Part shown: in pieces, positions 1 through 11,249 of the stretch
How the letters are laid out: every line of letters starts with the position of its first letter
Numbering within the stretch: position 1 is the first letter of the stretch
Source: Priapulus caudatus
Lineage: Eukaryota
Length of the DNA: 20,000 nt
Reading direction: 5' to 3'
NCBI RefSeq assembly: GCF_000485595.1
Contig: NW_014577061.1
Location: 267,535-287,534 of the forward strand
Made by a program: the position numbers and the translations under genes
Notes under the pieces: model-generated
The model's input: the letters and a program-made list of their open reading frames with translations, nothing else
What the model was told of the DNA's origin: nothing
Database searches by the model: none

Positions 1-2212
1 AACCCGTCGCAGAGAGCTAAGACCACCCCAAGTCTCTCACCATAAATGAAATAGGTGTAAAGTGCTTCAGAACGTTTTTTTAATAAATAAGTCGATCTTA
101 CACTCTTGCAATGAATTTGCGATGCGTTCATTAACACGCATTACTACATTCAGTTGTGACGCGGTTATTATTTAAGTGATATTCTCTATTTTATTTTGGT
201 TCGGCAATATTTGCTTTTGCTAATGGGTCGCCCATTTTGATTTGTTTAACTAACGAAATGTGATACCCTTTTTGTCAGTGATATTTTATTTCAGTACGTC
301 AGCTGTTTGTTAAAACGTACTGATGGTCACTTTAATTATATGCATATATTAAAAAATGGTAAGCACTTATTTCTAGACAGAATGCTAGATTAGCGTTTCG
401 TTAATGAAGCTCATCTATGATTTTACTTGTAAAGCGTGTTGGAGCAACGTTGCCGTCCCTTTTAACTATGGCGATACCAAGCAGTCATGGTTCCTACATA
501 CTACATAATACCTGTCATACTATGATCATATTAAGAACTAATAATACATATATTATTAGCTCTTGATCATAATTTTGTCATATATCAAAACTATACCAAC
601 TATTTCAGTGAATCGCTGCACGTCTGATCGTGAAGCCGCAATTTTCAGTAAACGGTTAAGCGCCTCCGTGTCCTAATTATTACAACTAACAATGATTCAT
701 TAGCCAGTGCTTTGATTTGTAATCGTGTGACGATTAACCTTCCCGTTCATAAAAGAAGGGACGGCAAAAATTGCCTGAGAAATGCTATTTGATTTAGCAT
801 ACCATTTCGCAAAGATGTAAATATTGAATAAGCACGCAGTGCGTGCGTGGTAGTGGTCTCGTATGGTGCTGCTCCAGCAAGTTTTACAATGGCTCTCGGC
901 AGTGGAAGAGAGTTAATTTAATCTTGCGTCTTCGTATATGCAGTTTGCATTGTTCAAAATGTTTGCATAAATGCTAAGCATATTACAGTGCTTACACAAA
1001 TACTATAAACTAGATGTTTGTTCATATTACCATAGTTCTATGCATAATGTGTACAGTTTGGAATTGTAACTGTCGTTTATTTCTGGTTTGCATTAATTCG
1101 GCTTGACGCACATTTGCATAATGGTTAAAGAATATTCACGCACGATCACCATTGACGATTGCATTAGCCTTCGTGTGCTGCACTTCCTGTCGTTTCACCC
1201 TGGTGGTTGTGTTTTATCACTTCAGCTTACACCTTGTGAATATAGGGATAACAATAAGTATTGGATTCGCAGAAGTTACATCGATGCTTTTCCAAACCTT
1301 TTCGCACGATGTACATTACATTTTTACATTTGCATTATAACGTGTTGGTGCTGTTGGATTAGCGTGATGTATTATGGCGGTGAATGAGATTTATGCTGCT
1401 GTCAATCGTATATAAGAGTGTTTCGAGCTCGTCCTTTTCCTACAGCATCACCATTAACACGCATGCATCGCATCATCTAGATATATGAAATTTACAGTCA
1501 ACGTATCCATGTAGTGCTCTATATATGTAGCCTGGCTGATAGAGAGATTGAAGTGCGTAGACAAAGAATGCAATATATTATGATGAAACGACATCCATGG
1601 AGAAAATGACGTGATATGGATCCGTGTGTGCAGTTGACTGCATGGTTATACATGCATCTGATGAAACGATAACTTGTTAATCGGTTACGTTATAACCGTA
1701 TTAACCGTATATGAGCAACGACGTTGAGATGTATTTCCTGTTTACGGCAGTAATAATAAATTATTATTCGTTGTGAGTTTAATGTTACAAAACAGTTCGT
1801 ATCGAATTTCTCACGATATCTATTTCAATCACGTCGTCGCTGATGGTTTGTGAATTGTGGTTCTTCCAGAGAGCTGATGGATTACAGCTCAGGACGTAGC
1901 GAGATTAAAGTATATTGTGGGGACATAATTTCTTGACCAAAATCAGGTCGTAACGGTTGTCGACATAGCTCAATTGGTGGGTTCCTGAAATAAACCGCGA
2001 ATGGGATATGATTGGGTTAAATGGAGTCGGAATAATCCATTATTTTACGTTGATTTCAGGGTTAAATACTTCTATTACTCATATTCTTGGTGTTCATAAT
2101 TTGTCGGGGAGAGCCCCCTTGCTGCCTCCCCCAACCACACCCGCAGGGGCAGTACGTGGCACCGCAGAGACGATTTTCATCATGCGCTGTTTAGAATACA
2201 ATAATACATATT

Positions 2213-2233
<21 letters not shown>
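1..2233 (+). repeat. Segmental duplication, copy 1 (truncated by window start)
   Basis: Matches 9035-11267 at offset 9034. The only substitution I noticed is C705 vs T9739. The ORF track lists identical ORFs at 1103/10137 and 1152/10186. Confidence 0.97.
532..565. mobile_element. 34-bp palindromic remnant, same family as 3758-3793 (also at 9566-9599 in the duplicate)
   Basis: ATCATAT|TAAGAACTAATAATA-CATA-TATTATTAGCTCTTG|ATCATAA; flanks match at 6/7; the 15-bp right arm is identical to the end of the 3758 copy. Confidence 0.65.

Positions 2234-2274
<41 letters not shown>
2216..2274. repeat. (TA)n microsatellite
   Basis: Perfect dinucleotide run. Confidence 0.98.
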
Positions 2275-2276
<2 letters not shown>

Positions 2277-2752
2277 AATTGTTGTGTTCACAAAAGTTGT
2301 TATATTGTCGGATCGTGTCAGGTCGTAGCATGTTTATATCGTCGCAAGGGTTAGACTATAATTTAGGTACGTGATATTAACCAGTGGCATGTACATGTTA
2401 GAAATGACACTACTACACTACTGTGTATGTGTAATCCGAAACTTGGATTCCACTCCATGTCACACTGATGCTGATAGACATGCAGCGTTTTTATTCTTTA
2501 TTCGAACGTTCCAAACGAAAAGACATTCCAACAGCCGCGATATAAAACACAAAATGTATGCTCTTCTATAGCCGCAAGGATATACGAGATAGCAACTTTG
2601 TCATCGGCTCTTGATAACGGCAAGATAATCAAGTATTTAGTGTAGGTTTTCCCTCAAAGCAAACAGTTTGTGAATAAGACAACCTCGGTCGACGAAATCG
2701 CGGCTATCCATACTTGACCACGCCTGTCTGTTTTCCAACGTCCGGTACGCAG

Positions 2753-2917
2753 ATCCTGGAGATTTCGGCGAATATGACCCGTTTCATCCGTCCAGTAGTC
2801 TATACCATGACCCCAACGACGATCATGGCCGCCTGGGCTCTACCCAGCTTCACCATCCTTCGCTATCTAAAGATTTTTCGCAGGAGGAGGATTCGTCGTT
2901 GCGTGCACGGGAACAGT
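2753..2917 (+). CDS. Probable linker exon of STAC-like gene (DPGDFGEYDPFHPSSSLYHDPNDDHGRLGSTQLHHPSLSKDFSQEEDSSLRAREQ)
   Basis: ACGCAG| acceptor and T|GTAAAT donor; 165 nt; open as a phase 1-1 exon that joins in frame to 3615. No recognisable domain, and a second frame is also open. Confidence 0.55.
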
Positions 2918-3614
2918 GTAAATTCCGTTTTGTGTTGCTGTGTGTGCAGTTTGCTATTATATGCCCATCTCGTCGTCGTCATCGGCGGCGACGGCGGCGC
3001 TAACAAGCTTTCTGATTGCTCGTATGCTAACATCTTGGGTTCGGTTTTGAAGGCTTGAGTATTTCTAGAGTTTTCAGACTTTCTACTGATGCCTCGTTTG
3101 CTCAGGTTTTCCTGAGACACTTTGCGTTGCATGCTTGCGGTCGTTTTCTATCTACGAATTTATCACTTCTAGCCGCTTTGCTGATTTCTGCTTGTAGAAT
3201 GCGGAGAATGTACGCAGATTATCGTTATGAAATCTGCTGAAATGTGCAATTGGTATTCACATGGCGCGTTGTTGTGTGAATCGTGGCAACAGTGATTTCG
3301 AAAGTAATTGAGTGTTTGCTTACTAATACACGCTTTCGTTGCTGTTAACTCCTCCGCGGAATGCTGCGCATTAAACGGATGTTAGCTGCAAAGGGGTAAT
3401 CAAATACCGAATGTACTATTTAAATTTTAAATCGTGATAACATTAAAGATGAATTCTTCTTTTTAGACTCGGTACTAACCCTAGTGGCTCAGCGTTGGTT
3501 GTCGTACGGACATCGCGCATGCGTCGTGGGCGAACGGGCAGCGTTTGAATCGAGCCACGTATACATACATATCCATTAAAGCATTGCTTTACTTTGTTAC
3601 CATTTCTCGTCTAG

Positions 3615-3746
3615 CCCCGCACAGCCCAACAAGAGGTCGTCGCCAAAAATTAAACATACGCATGAAAAGCTTCTCTCTCGACAACCCTAATAGCAAGGAT
3701 CACTTGCGACACGTCATCGGTGGGGGTCGTCCCTCGTGCAGCTACT
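3615..3746 (+). CDS. STAC: STAC-like gene exon (PHSPTRGRRQKLNIRMKSFSLDNPNSKDHLRHVIGGGRPSCSY)
   Basis: Pyrimidine tract + CTAG| acceptor, T|GTAAAT donor, 132 nt, phase 1-1. RQKLNIRMKSFSLD resembles the linker of invertebrate STAC-like proteins (from recall, no search run). Confidence 0.75.
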
Positions 3747-3757
3747 GTAAATATCAG

Positions 3758-3793
3758 CAAGAGTTAATAATACCTAGGTATTATTAGCTCTTG
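3758..3793. mobile_element. 36-bp palindromic transposon remnant/footprint with 7-bp TSD
   Basis: ATATCAG|CAAGAGTTAATAATACC-TA-GGTATTATTAGCTCTTG|ATATCAG; arms match at 16/17. Confidence 0.75.
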
Positions 3794-3980
3794 ATATCAG
3801 CTGTGTACAAGCACAGTCGTCGTGTGTCACGTATCACTGTGTTTTCCGCTGTGTGTATGCATGAATGGTGGTCGATGTAGCGCTTATACGTGTATCTATC
3901 TCTCTGTATTTGTCTATTTAAATGACCCGACACGACCGCATATACACGCACCCGTACAAGCGTACGTACAGGGGAAACGC

Positions 3981-4050
3981 TCGCACGCACGCACACATGG
4001 CTCCTACATACGCACGCAGGCACGCACGCGCACACGTACACGCACACACG
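3981..4050. repeat. Imperfect (CACG)n/(CA)n microsatellite
   Basis: Seen directly. Confidence 0.85.
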
Positions 4051-4647
4051 CTAGTTCTATAGGTGGTTGCAAACTGTGCATGGTCAGTGTGAATCTAGCA
4101 ACATCGTTCACCAGTTCAGTTGTTGAAGGTAGAACCAATCTTGCCCATACGAAACTAATGTCTGGGTGATTGCAGCAATGCGTTTCGCTGCAAATTCTTT
4201 GCACTCAGTTTGCTTTAGTGTTAAATACATAACAGCGTATGTTTGAGAACGTATCGCTACAACAGCAATAACCGCATGTGAAATAGGAAAGATTTTAGGG
4301 GGTTATCCACTACAATTAAACAATTACTATGGTGGTCTGTCTGAAAGCCAGTTGTAACGGTAATCCCTCAAGTTACTATCAAGTTACCAAACATATTTTC
4401 ACTATAGCATAATTTATAAACAAGCCTCAACATAAGCAACAATTGTAATACTCTATTTCTCGGGCTACTTTGAATTCGTCGATGCACGTATGAAGCTATT
4501 GCTGACACACCTAGCTCGCCCCAATACTATTAATTATTTCACATCTATTCACAGGCAGTAGTAGTAAACAGCACTCGTGCATACTCGCAGTGCAATACTA
4601 GCGGACGGGAATCTATCTCGTGACTCTGTACGTGTTTTGTGTGCTGT

Positions 4648-4693
4648 CTCACTCACTCACTCACTCACTTACTCACTTACTCACTCACTCACT
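4648..4693. repeat. (ACTC)n microsatellite
   Basis: Seen directly, with two ACTT variants. Confidence 0.95.
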
Positions 4694-5074
4694 GCTTCTC
4701 TTCGTGGATCTATCCGTCGGTGATATATGTATAGATTTCTCACGTTGTGTGCGTACGTGGTGATCGTGGTGTTGCGCTTACTTATACTTGCTTGGTGTTA
4801 AGGCGTGTACCGTGCACCGTTCTTGACCGTGTTCAGTCTGTGATAGTTACCATTGTACTAAAGCTAAACACCTGTAATAATGTCCAAGTATTCGTATGGC
4901 TACATTCTTATTTATCCAGCAAACACTTCGCAGTTTACCTAGCTCCGATAAGTTCACGTATGAAAAATGACTTATTAAGATTTAAACACGTGATTCGACA
5001 AATCTAAACATATTCCGCTGTCAATAGTGAAATCAACTCAAGTCAAAGTATGAACAGCGCATGTTGTCTTGTAG

Positions 5075-5211
5075 CCCCGGACAGTCCCACCCACGGTCAG
5101 CACAGCCGAGGAAGGTTGCAGCGTGCCAAAGGAGACTCATTAGATATCCCTGACGATACTGAAAAGTCGCTCAGTTCAGCATCGTCTGCTTCACCGCTAG
5201 GAGGCTCACCA
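5075..5211 (+). CDS. STAC: STAC-like gene exon (PDSPTHGQHSRGRLQRAKGDSLDIPDDTEKSLSSASSASPLGGSP)
   Basis: TTGTAG| acceptor, strong |GTGAGT donor, phase 1 to 0, in frame with both neighbours. Ser-rich pre-SH3 segment. Confidence 0.8.
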
Positions 5212-5517
5212 GTGAGTCGCGGCTGAGCTCGAATACGTGTTTGTTTGTGGGTCCCTTATCTTCGCCATATAGACGTAAATGACGTAGTCGTTCAGTATTA
5301 TGTAAATAATCTGCGCGTTCGTCAAATTGTTCGCGTTCAAACACATCGATGACAGTCGAATCTTTTCCTGTGTTCTTCTTTGCGAATTATGCAGAATTTG
5401 TAAACATGGCCACCGCAACATGGCCACAACGCCCTGAAACTATAAACTGTCTATCAATTGTAGCTTGCGGCCAAATGCGTATGTCAGTCGATCGTCTGAT
5501 CAGCTGACTTGTTTCAG

Positions 5518-5606
5518 AAGTCTTACCAGAGGCAGGCTGCTCAAAGTCTATATGTGACGATCAGGGACTTCAAAGGCGAGGGCCGGCGTGACGAGATAGA
5601 ATTCAG
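5518..5606 (+). CDS. STAC: STAC-like gene exon, start of first SH3 domain (KSYQRQAAQSLYVTIRDFKGEGRRDEIEF)
   Basis: TTTCAG| acceptor, AG|GTGATG donor, phase 0 to 2. YVTIRDF...DEIEF corresponds to the SH3 ALYDY/RT-loop segment. Confidence 0.88.
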
Positions 5607-5920
5607 GTGATGAAATAACTGTTCTTGCACAAGAACACACACAAACACACACACGCGCGCGCGCTGCATTGCATACACGGGTGCTATCTCGTCTATTACA
5701 TTATTTACATACGTTCACAAGTAATTGCAAGAATTCGATCCGTTATCAATGATGATATGATACAAGATGGCCGAAGGCTCGTGGAACTACTGCAAACAAT
5801 GAAAACAAAGCGCAGCAATCTGTTCTTTACGAACAAAATAGCAAAAGCGATGACCGCAATAAATTATTTAATTATATAAAATTAATTTTAATTGCAACCG
5901 TTAATTTTCTTATCTTACAG

Positions 5921-6110
5921 AAGTGGCAGTAAGGTGGTGGTGATGGACATGTCGGATGCAGAGTGGTGGCGGGGTCGGTGCAATGGTCAGCAGGGATACT
6001 TCCCGGCTGGTTGCGCTGTCCGCATCTTTCCAGGCGAGCGTGTGATGAAGGTTACTAAAAGCATACAGCTAAGCGACGGTGGAATCGACTTAAGGCTGAG
6101 TCGTGAGCAG
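5921..6110 (+). CDS. STAC: STAC-like gene exon, SH3-1 core and start of SH3-2 (SGSKVVVMDMSDAEWWRGRCNGQQGYFPAGCAVRIFPGERVMKVTKSIQLSDGGIDLRLSREQ)
   Basis: TTACAG| acceptor, CAG|GTGCGT donor, phase 2 to 0. Canonical SH3 WW and GYFP motifs followed directly by a second atypical SH3, as in STAC tandem SH3. Confidence 0.92.
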
Positions 6111-6116
6111 GTGCGT

Positions 6117-6147
6117 ACCCACGCACGCACCCACGCACGCACACGGA

Positions 6148-6240
<93 letters not shown>
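6117..6240. repeat. Compound (CACG)n-(CA)n-(TA)n microsatellite just after the SH3 exon donor
   Basis: Seen directly. Confidence 0.97.
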
Positions 6241-6654
6241 TGTATGCAGCACTAGAGATGACGTTCTCGGGAAATTTTTCATTGCAAAATCGAATCGATA
6301 GAGATAGACCAAATTAGGTATAGAAATCGTTGCGCGCATGCATATAAATCTACCATAGAACCTAGGGAACAGGTAAGTATCCACAGAAAACGAAAACAAG
6401 AAGGAGCCCCTTGCCCCATAGACGCGTATTGTTTTGTCAGTAATATAAATATATCAGCCGCAGCTACGTTATAATAGAAGTATCTACAAAGGTCAAAGGA
6501 CTTCAACCCGCTCCTGAAGAAATCACCGAGCATTTCATTCGCTCGCATTTAAAATCATTCTCATTCTACTTGCGAAGGTCAGAATATAGTCGCTATGAAC
6601 TGCATTTTCGTTTGAAAGTAGCATAAGCGTGTCGAACACAAGAATCTATTGCAG

Positions 6655-6762
6655 ATTGTGATTCAACTCGGTGAAGAGCGTGACGGAATATCAACGATTC
6701 GCGTCGGGGATAGAGAAACCACCTGCCCTTCACGCAACCTACGGGAGCTGTGGAGCACTTGA
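6655..6762 (+). CDS. STAC: Terminal coding exon of STAC-like gene, end of SH3-2 (IVIQLGEERDGISTIRVGDRETTCPSRNLRELWST*)
   Basis: TTGCAG| acceptor, phase 0, continues ...REQ-IVIQ..., TGA at 6760-6762. Confidence 0.88.
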   Translation: MVIQLGEERDGISTIRVGDRETTCPSRNLRELWST

Positions 6763-7176
6763 AGCACATGCCCGCGTCTCATCAGCCGAATACGTTCATG
6801 CATATAGTATCGCCGTACTGCTTCTATGTTTAAGGTTCACCTAGCCGCAGGCTACACAGCAGTATCAGACGTTGACTTCACTAAGTCTTGTCTTTATTGT
6901 AGAATGCCTTGAATTGCGCTTGGCAATTTTGTAACCGATTATGGTGTTTCGTTGTACATGCGCGCACGCGGGCACGTAGGTACGTTGTCACCTTTTGCAC
7001 CTTGGATGAATATGAAATCATATTTGCGAAGTCAAGTACCATAGCATGGTTTAAGCAGGATTCGGCTGCGAAAGCAAGTATGTTAGTTGCGTTATCCGTT
7101 TGCTTTCATAAACCAGCGCCCCGTATAACAATAACCAGAGTAATTCAGCGCCCTCTGTCGATCATGAGTTTACGAA

Positions 7177-7451
7177 TAGGTCCTACTTTTTTCCGCACCG
7201 GATACCCTCCTTTTCACATATTTCCTGTCCCGGAGCATAGATCCTACTTTTTCCGCACCGGAGACCCTCCTTTTCACATATTTCCGGAGACCCTCCGTTT
7301 CACATATTTCCCGTCCCTGCGCAAATGTTCTACTTTTTTCCGCACGTTCCGGAGCCCCCCATTTTGATGTGCTGCGTTAGTACCGGAGCCCCCCAATTCC
7401 ATCTCTCAAGTGGCACATACCTACCCTATTTGGTAGGGAGTGCCCCCCGGG
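7177..7451. repeat. Interspersed repeat fragment with internal tandem subrepeats, ending GGGAGTGCCCCCCGGG
   Basis: CTACTTTTT(T)CCGCAC occurs 3 times and CCGGA(G/T)(A/C)CCC about 5 times; GC-rich terminus typical of a MITE end; the matching other end was not found. Confidence 0.6.
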
Positions 7452-8296
7452 CTACAACTGTTTTGAGGGCAGTAAATGTACAGGCTAGTAAGTGCCCTTG
7501 ATTGACAGTTTCGTTGACCTTAGCTCATTATCTGTATTGTCGATGCCTCGACCACCATAGACTTTAAGTCTGAAAAGTCCAAGATTCAGCACAGACGGTG
7601 TACGAAAGCGTGTACGTTGCTAACTCTGCTCTCCCGAACGCTACTAGACGGCTAGTGCTTTTAGCCTTTAAGTCGATATTTCTTACTGAAACCGCGGCGC
7701 ACCGTCTGTCTTGCTTTTTGAAAACTTCACATCCAGAGCGTTTATAATATATTTCTGAAGTTATTTTTGGGCACGGAGTCCTAAGCTTTGCTATTATAAA
7801 CGATATATTTAGGCCTATGAATACAATATAGAAAGATTGAGCAGCCAGTTTGGAATACAGAAACGTATGCTATATAATAAGGTTCTAGTTCAAATGCAAG
7901 ATTCAATGATGTAAGTATTATTTACTGGTGCTGTGTATAAAGCAATCTAAGGCTAGTAATTCTAACATATAGTTGAACGTTCTGAGCGACAGAAAATAAT
8001 TATGGTAGCAATTTTGACATCATGGAATTCATTATGGAGTTGAATTGTCATTCCTATAATTCTCATTTATTGCACCTAGCAGCAAAGAGCACGACAATTC
8101 CGTTCTTAATTTATTACCTAACAATCTGCTCGATATGAAGCATGTCTTCACTACGAATGTTGCGCTATAACTTTTCAATTGCTCCCCCATTATTATTACG
8201 TAAACATACACGTTGGGCATTTCGTTTTCATTTCGTTTGCATTCATGTTGATGCTACACTGCTCAATAGATGGCGCTACATGCATATGAACTATGT

Positions 8297-8424
8297 GGAG
8301 TGTATAATAATAGACTATTATAGTCTATACCATACATATCTATATCTATATATCTATATATATATATACATGTCTATTATAGTATATATTATAGAATATA
8401 ATAGTCTATTATTTTACACTCCTG
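8297..8424. mobile_element. Foldback remnant related to 11641-11705, with AT-rich filler
   Basis: 8297-8322 and 8397-8422 are inverted repeats matching at 25/26; right end reads CTCCTG; left terminus degenerate, no TSD found. Confidence 0.5.
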
Positions 8425-8744
8425 ATAGGTCTACTTGTAATGCCCTATCGTACCGTACAGTACCGACCCTACTTTACCATACACATGATACGCAATTAAA
8501 CCAGTAACAAAGTTAGGTATATAGTGTCCGTCTATTTGCTCTTTCGGTATGAGGCGTCATTATAGAAGTAACTCGTGTAGATTGTAATACAGAGTGTTGA
8601 ATTCATCAATATACTATATTATGTATAAAATATGTATACTAAAATATAGGCCGTTATGATATCCGCTCAACAGTCAACATACGTAACTTAATAAATGACC
8701 CGACCCCCACCATAATAATGTTCCCGTGTATATAATCTTTTAGC

Positions 8745-8769
8745 ATATATATATATATATATATATATA
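8745..8769. repeat. (TA)n microsatellite
   Basis: Seen directly. Confidence 0.95.
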
Positions 8770-9034
8770 CATCCTATGTGTCATTAATAAAATGACATAG
8801 GCCTATGTCTCGCTCGAGGAAAATGCGTGCAGATAATTAAAATAGCAGTGAATTTGTTATCTTTCATGATTCACAAAACAGTCCATCTCGGACGACCGGG
8901 ACATTGACACAATGTACAGCAATATACGTCATCGATCCTGATCTCTGAATAGGTCTCTCTAATTTCACTACGGTGACTGAATGATGATAGATATAATAAT
9001 CTATAACAATTGTACAGTAGAAGACTTTCTTTGT

Positions 9035-11249
9035 AACCCGTCGCAGAGAGCTAAGACCACCCCAAGTCTCTCACCATAAATGAAATAGGTGTAAAGTGCT
9101 TCAGAACGTTTTTTTAATAAATAAGTCGATCTTACACTCTTGCAATGAATTTGCGATGCGTTCATTAACACGCATTACTACATTCAGTTGTGACGCGGTT
9201 ATTATTTAAGTGATATTCTCTATTTTATTTTGGTTCGGCAATATTTGCTTTTGCTAATGGGTCGCCCATTTTGATTTGTTTAACTAACGAAATGTGATAC
9301 CCTTTTTGTCAGTGATATTTTATTTCAGTACGTCAGCTGTTTGTTAAAACGTACTGATGGTCACTTTAATTATATGCATATATTAAAAAATGGTAAGCAC
9401 TTATTTCTAGACAGAATGCTAGATTAGCGTTTCGTTAATGAAGCTCATCTATGATTTTACTTGTAAAGCGTGTTGGAGCAACGTTGCCGTCCCTTTTAAC
9501 TATGGCGATACCAAGCAGTCATGGTTCCTACATACTACATAATACCTGTCATACTATGATCATATTAAGAACTAATAATACATATATTATTAGCTCTTGA
9601 TCATAATTTTGTCATATATCAAAACTATACCAACTATTTCAGTGAATCGCTGCACGTCTGATCGTGAAGCCGCAATTTTCAGTAAACGGTTAAGCGCCTC
9701 CGTGTCCTAATTATTACAACTAACAATGATTCATTAGCTAGTGCTTTGATTTGTAATCGTGTGACGATTAACCTTCCCGTTCATAAAAGAAGGGACGGCA
9801 AAAATTGCCTGAGAAATGCTATTTGATTTAGCATACCATTTCGCAAAGATGTAAATATTGAATAAGCACGCAGTGCGTGCGTGGTAGTGGTCTCGTATGG
9901 TGCTGCTCCAGCAAGTTTTACAATGGCTCTCGGCAGTGGAAGAGAGTTAATTTAATCTTGCGTCTTCGTATATGCAGTTTGCATTGTTCAAAATGTTTGC
10001 ATAAATGCTAAGCATATTACAGTGCTTACACAAATACTATAAACTAGATGTTTGTTCATATTACCATAGTTCTATGCATAATGTGTACAGTTTGGAATTG
10101 TAACTGTCGTTTATTTCTGGTTTGCATTAATTCGGCTTGACGCACATTTGCATAATGGTTAAAGAATATTCACGCACGATCACCATTGACGATTGCATTA
10201 GCCTTCGTGTGCTGCACTTCCTGTCGTTTCACCCTGGTGGTTGTGTTTTATCACTTCAGCTTACACCTTGTGAATATAGGGATAACAATAAGTATTGGAT
10301 TCGCAGAAGTTACATCGATGCTTTTCCAAACCTTTTCGCACGATGTACATTACATTTTTACATTTGCATTATAACGTGTTGGTGCTGTTGGATTAGCGTG
10401 ATGTATTATGGCGGTGAATGAGATTTATGCTGCTGTCAATCGTATATAAGAGTGTTTCGAGCTCGTCCTTTTCCTACAGCATCACCATTAACACGCATGC
10501 ATCGCATCATCTAGATATATGAAATTTACAGTCAACGTATCCATGTAGTGCTCTATATATGTAGCCTGGCTGATAGAGAGATTGAAGTGCGTAGACAAAG
10601 AATGCAATATATTATGATGAAACGACATCCATGGAGAAAATGACGTGATATGGATCCGTGTGTGCAGTTGACTGCATGGTTATACATGCATCTGATGAAA
10701 CGATAACTTGTTAATCGGTTACGTTATAACCGTATTAACCGTATATGAGCAACGACGTTGAGATGTATTTCCTGTTTACGGCAGTAATAATAAATTATTA
10801 TTCGTTGTGAGTTTAATGTTACAAAACAGTTCGTATCGAATTTCTCACGATATCTATTTCAATCACGTCGTCGCTGATGGTTTGTGAATTGTGGTTCTTC
10901 CAGAGAGCTGATGGATTACAGCTCAGGACGTAGCGAGATTAAAGTATATTGTGGGGACATAATTTCTTGACCAAAATCAGGTCGTAACGGTTGTCGACAT
11001 AGCTCAATTGGTGGGTTCCTGAAATAAACCGCGAATGGGATATGATTGGGTTAAATGGAGTCGGAATAATCCATTATTTTACGTTGATTTCAGGGTTAAA
11101 TACTTCTATTACTCATATTCTTGGTGTTCATAATTTGTCGGGGAGAGCCCCCTTGCTGCCTCCCCCAACCACACCCGCAGGGGCAGTACGTGGCACCGCA
11201 GAGACGATTTTCATCATGCGCTGTTTAGAATACAATAATACATATTACA

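Noticed and set aside
1103..1387. Cys-rich and hydrophobic ORFs (also 10137-10421)
   Set aside because: Non-ATG starts, no convincing splice structure or homology; identical only because of the duplication.
2714..3058. 114-aa ORF as a standalone protein
   Set aside because: It overlaps the probable exon 2753-2917 in another frame; the alternative frame fits the phase of the downstream exon.
3467..3560. Candidate exon after a strong acceptor (TTCTTCTTTTTAG)
   Set aside because: No donor gives a phase compatible with the neighbouring exons, so it was not annotated as CDS.
3919..3931. 13-mer TAAATGACCCGAC shared with ~8692
   Set aside because: Isolated short match with unrelated flanks; plausible by chance.
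5987..6399. Minus-strand CV-repeat ORFs and the HT/RT tail of ORF 5892-6317
   Set aside because: Translations of intronic microsatellites.
7177..7400. CRISPR-like repeat/spacer appearance
   Set aside because: Repeats are variable, spacers are not unique and the context is eukaryotic.
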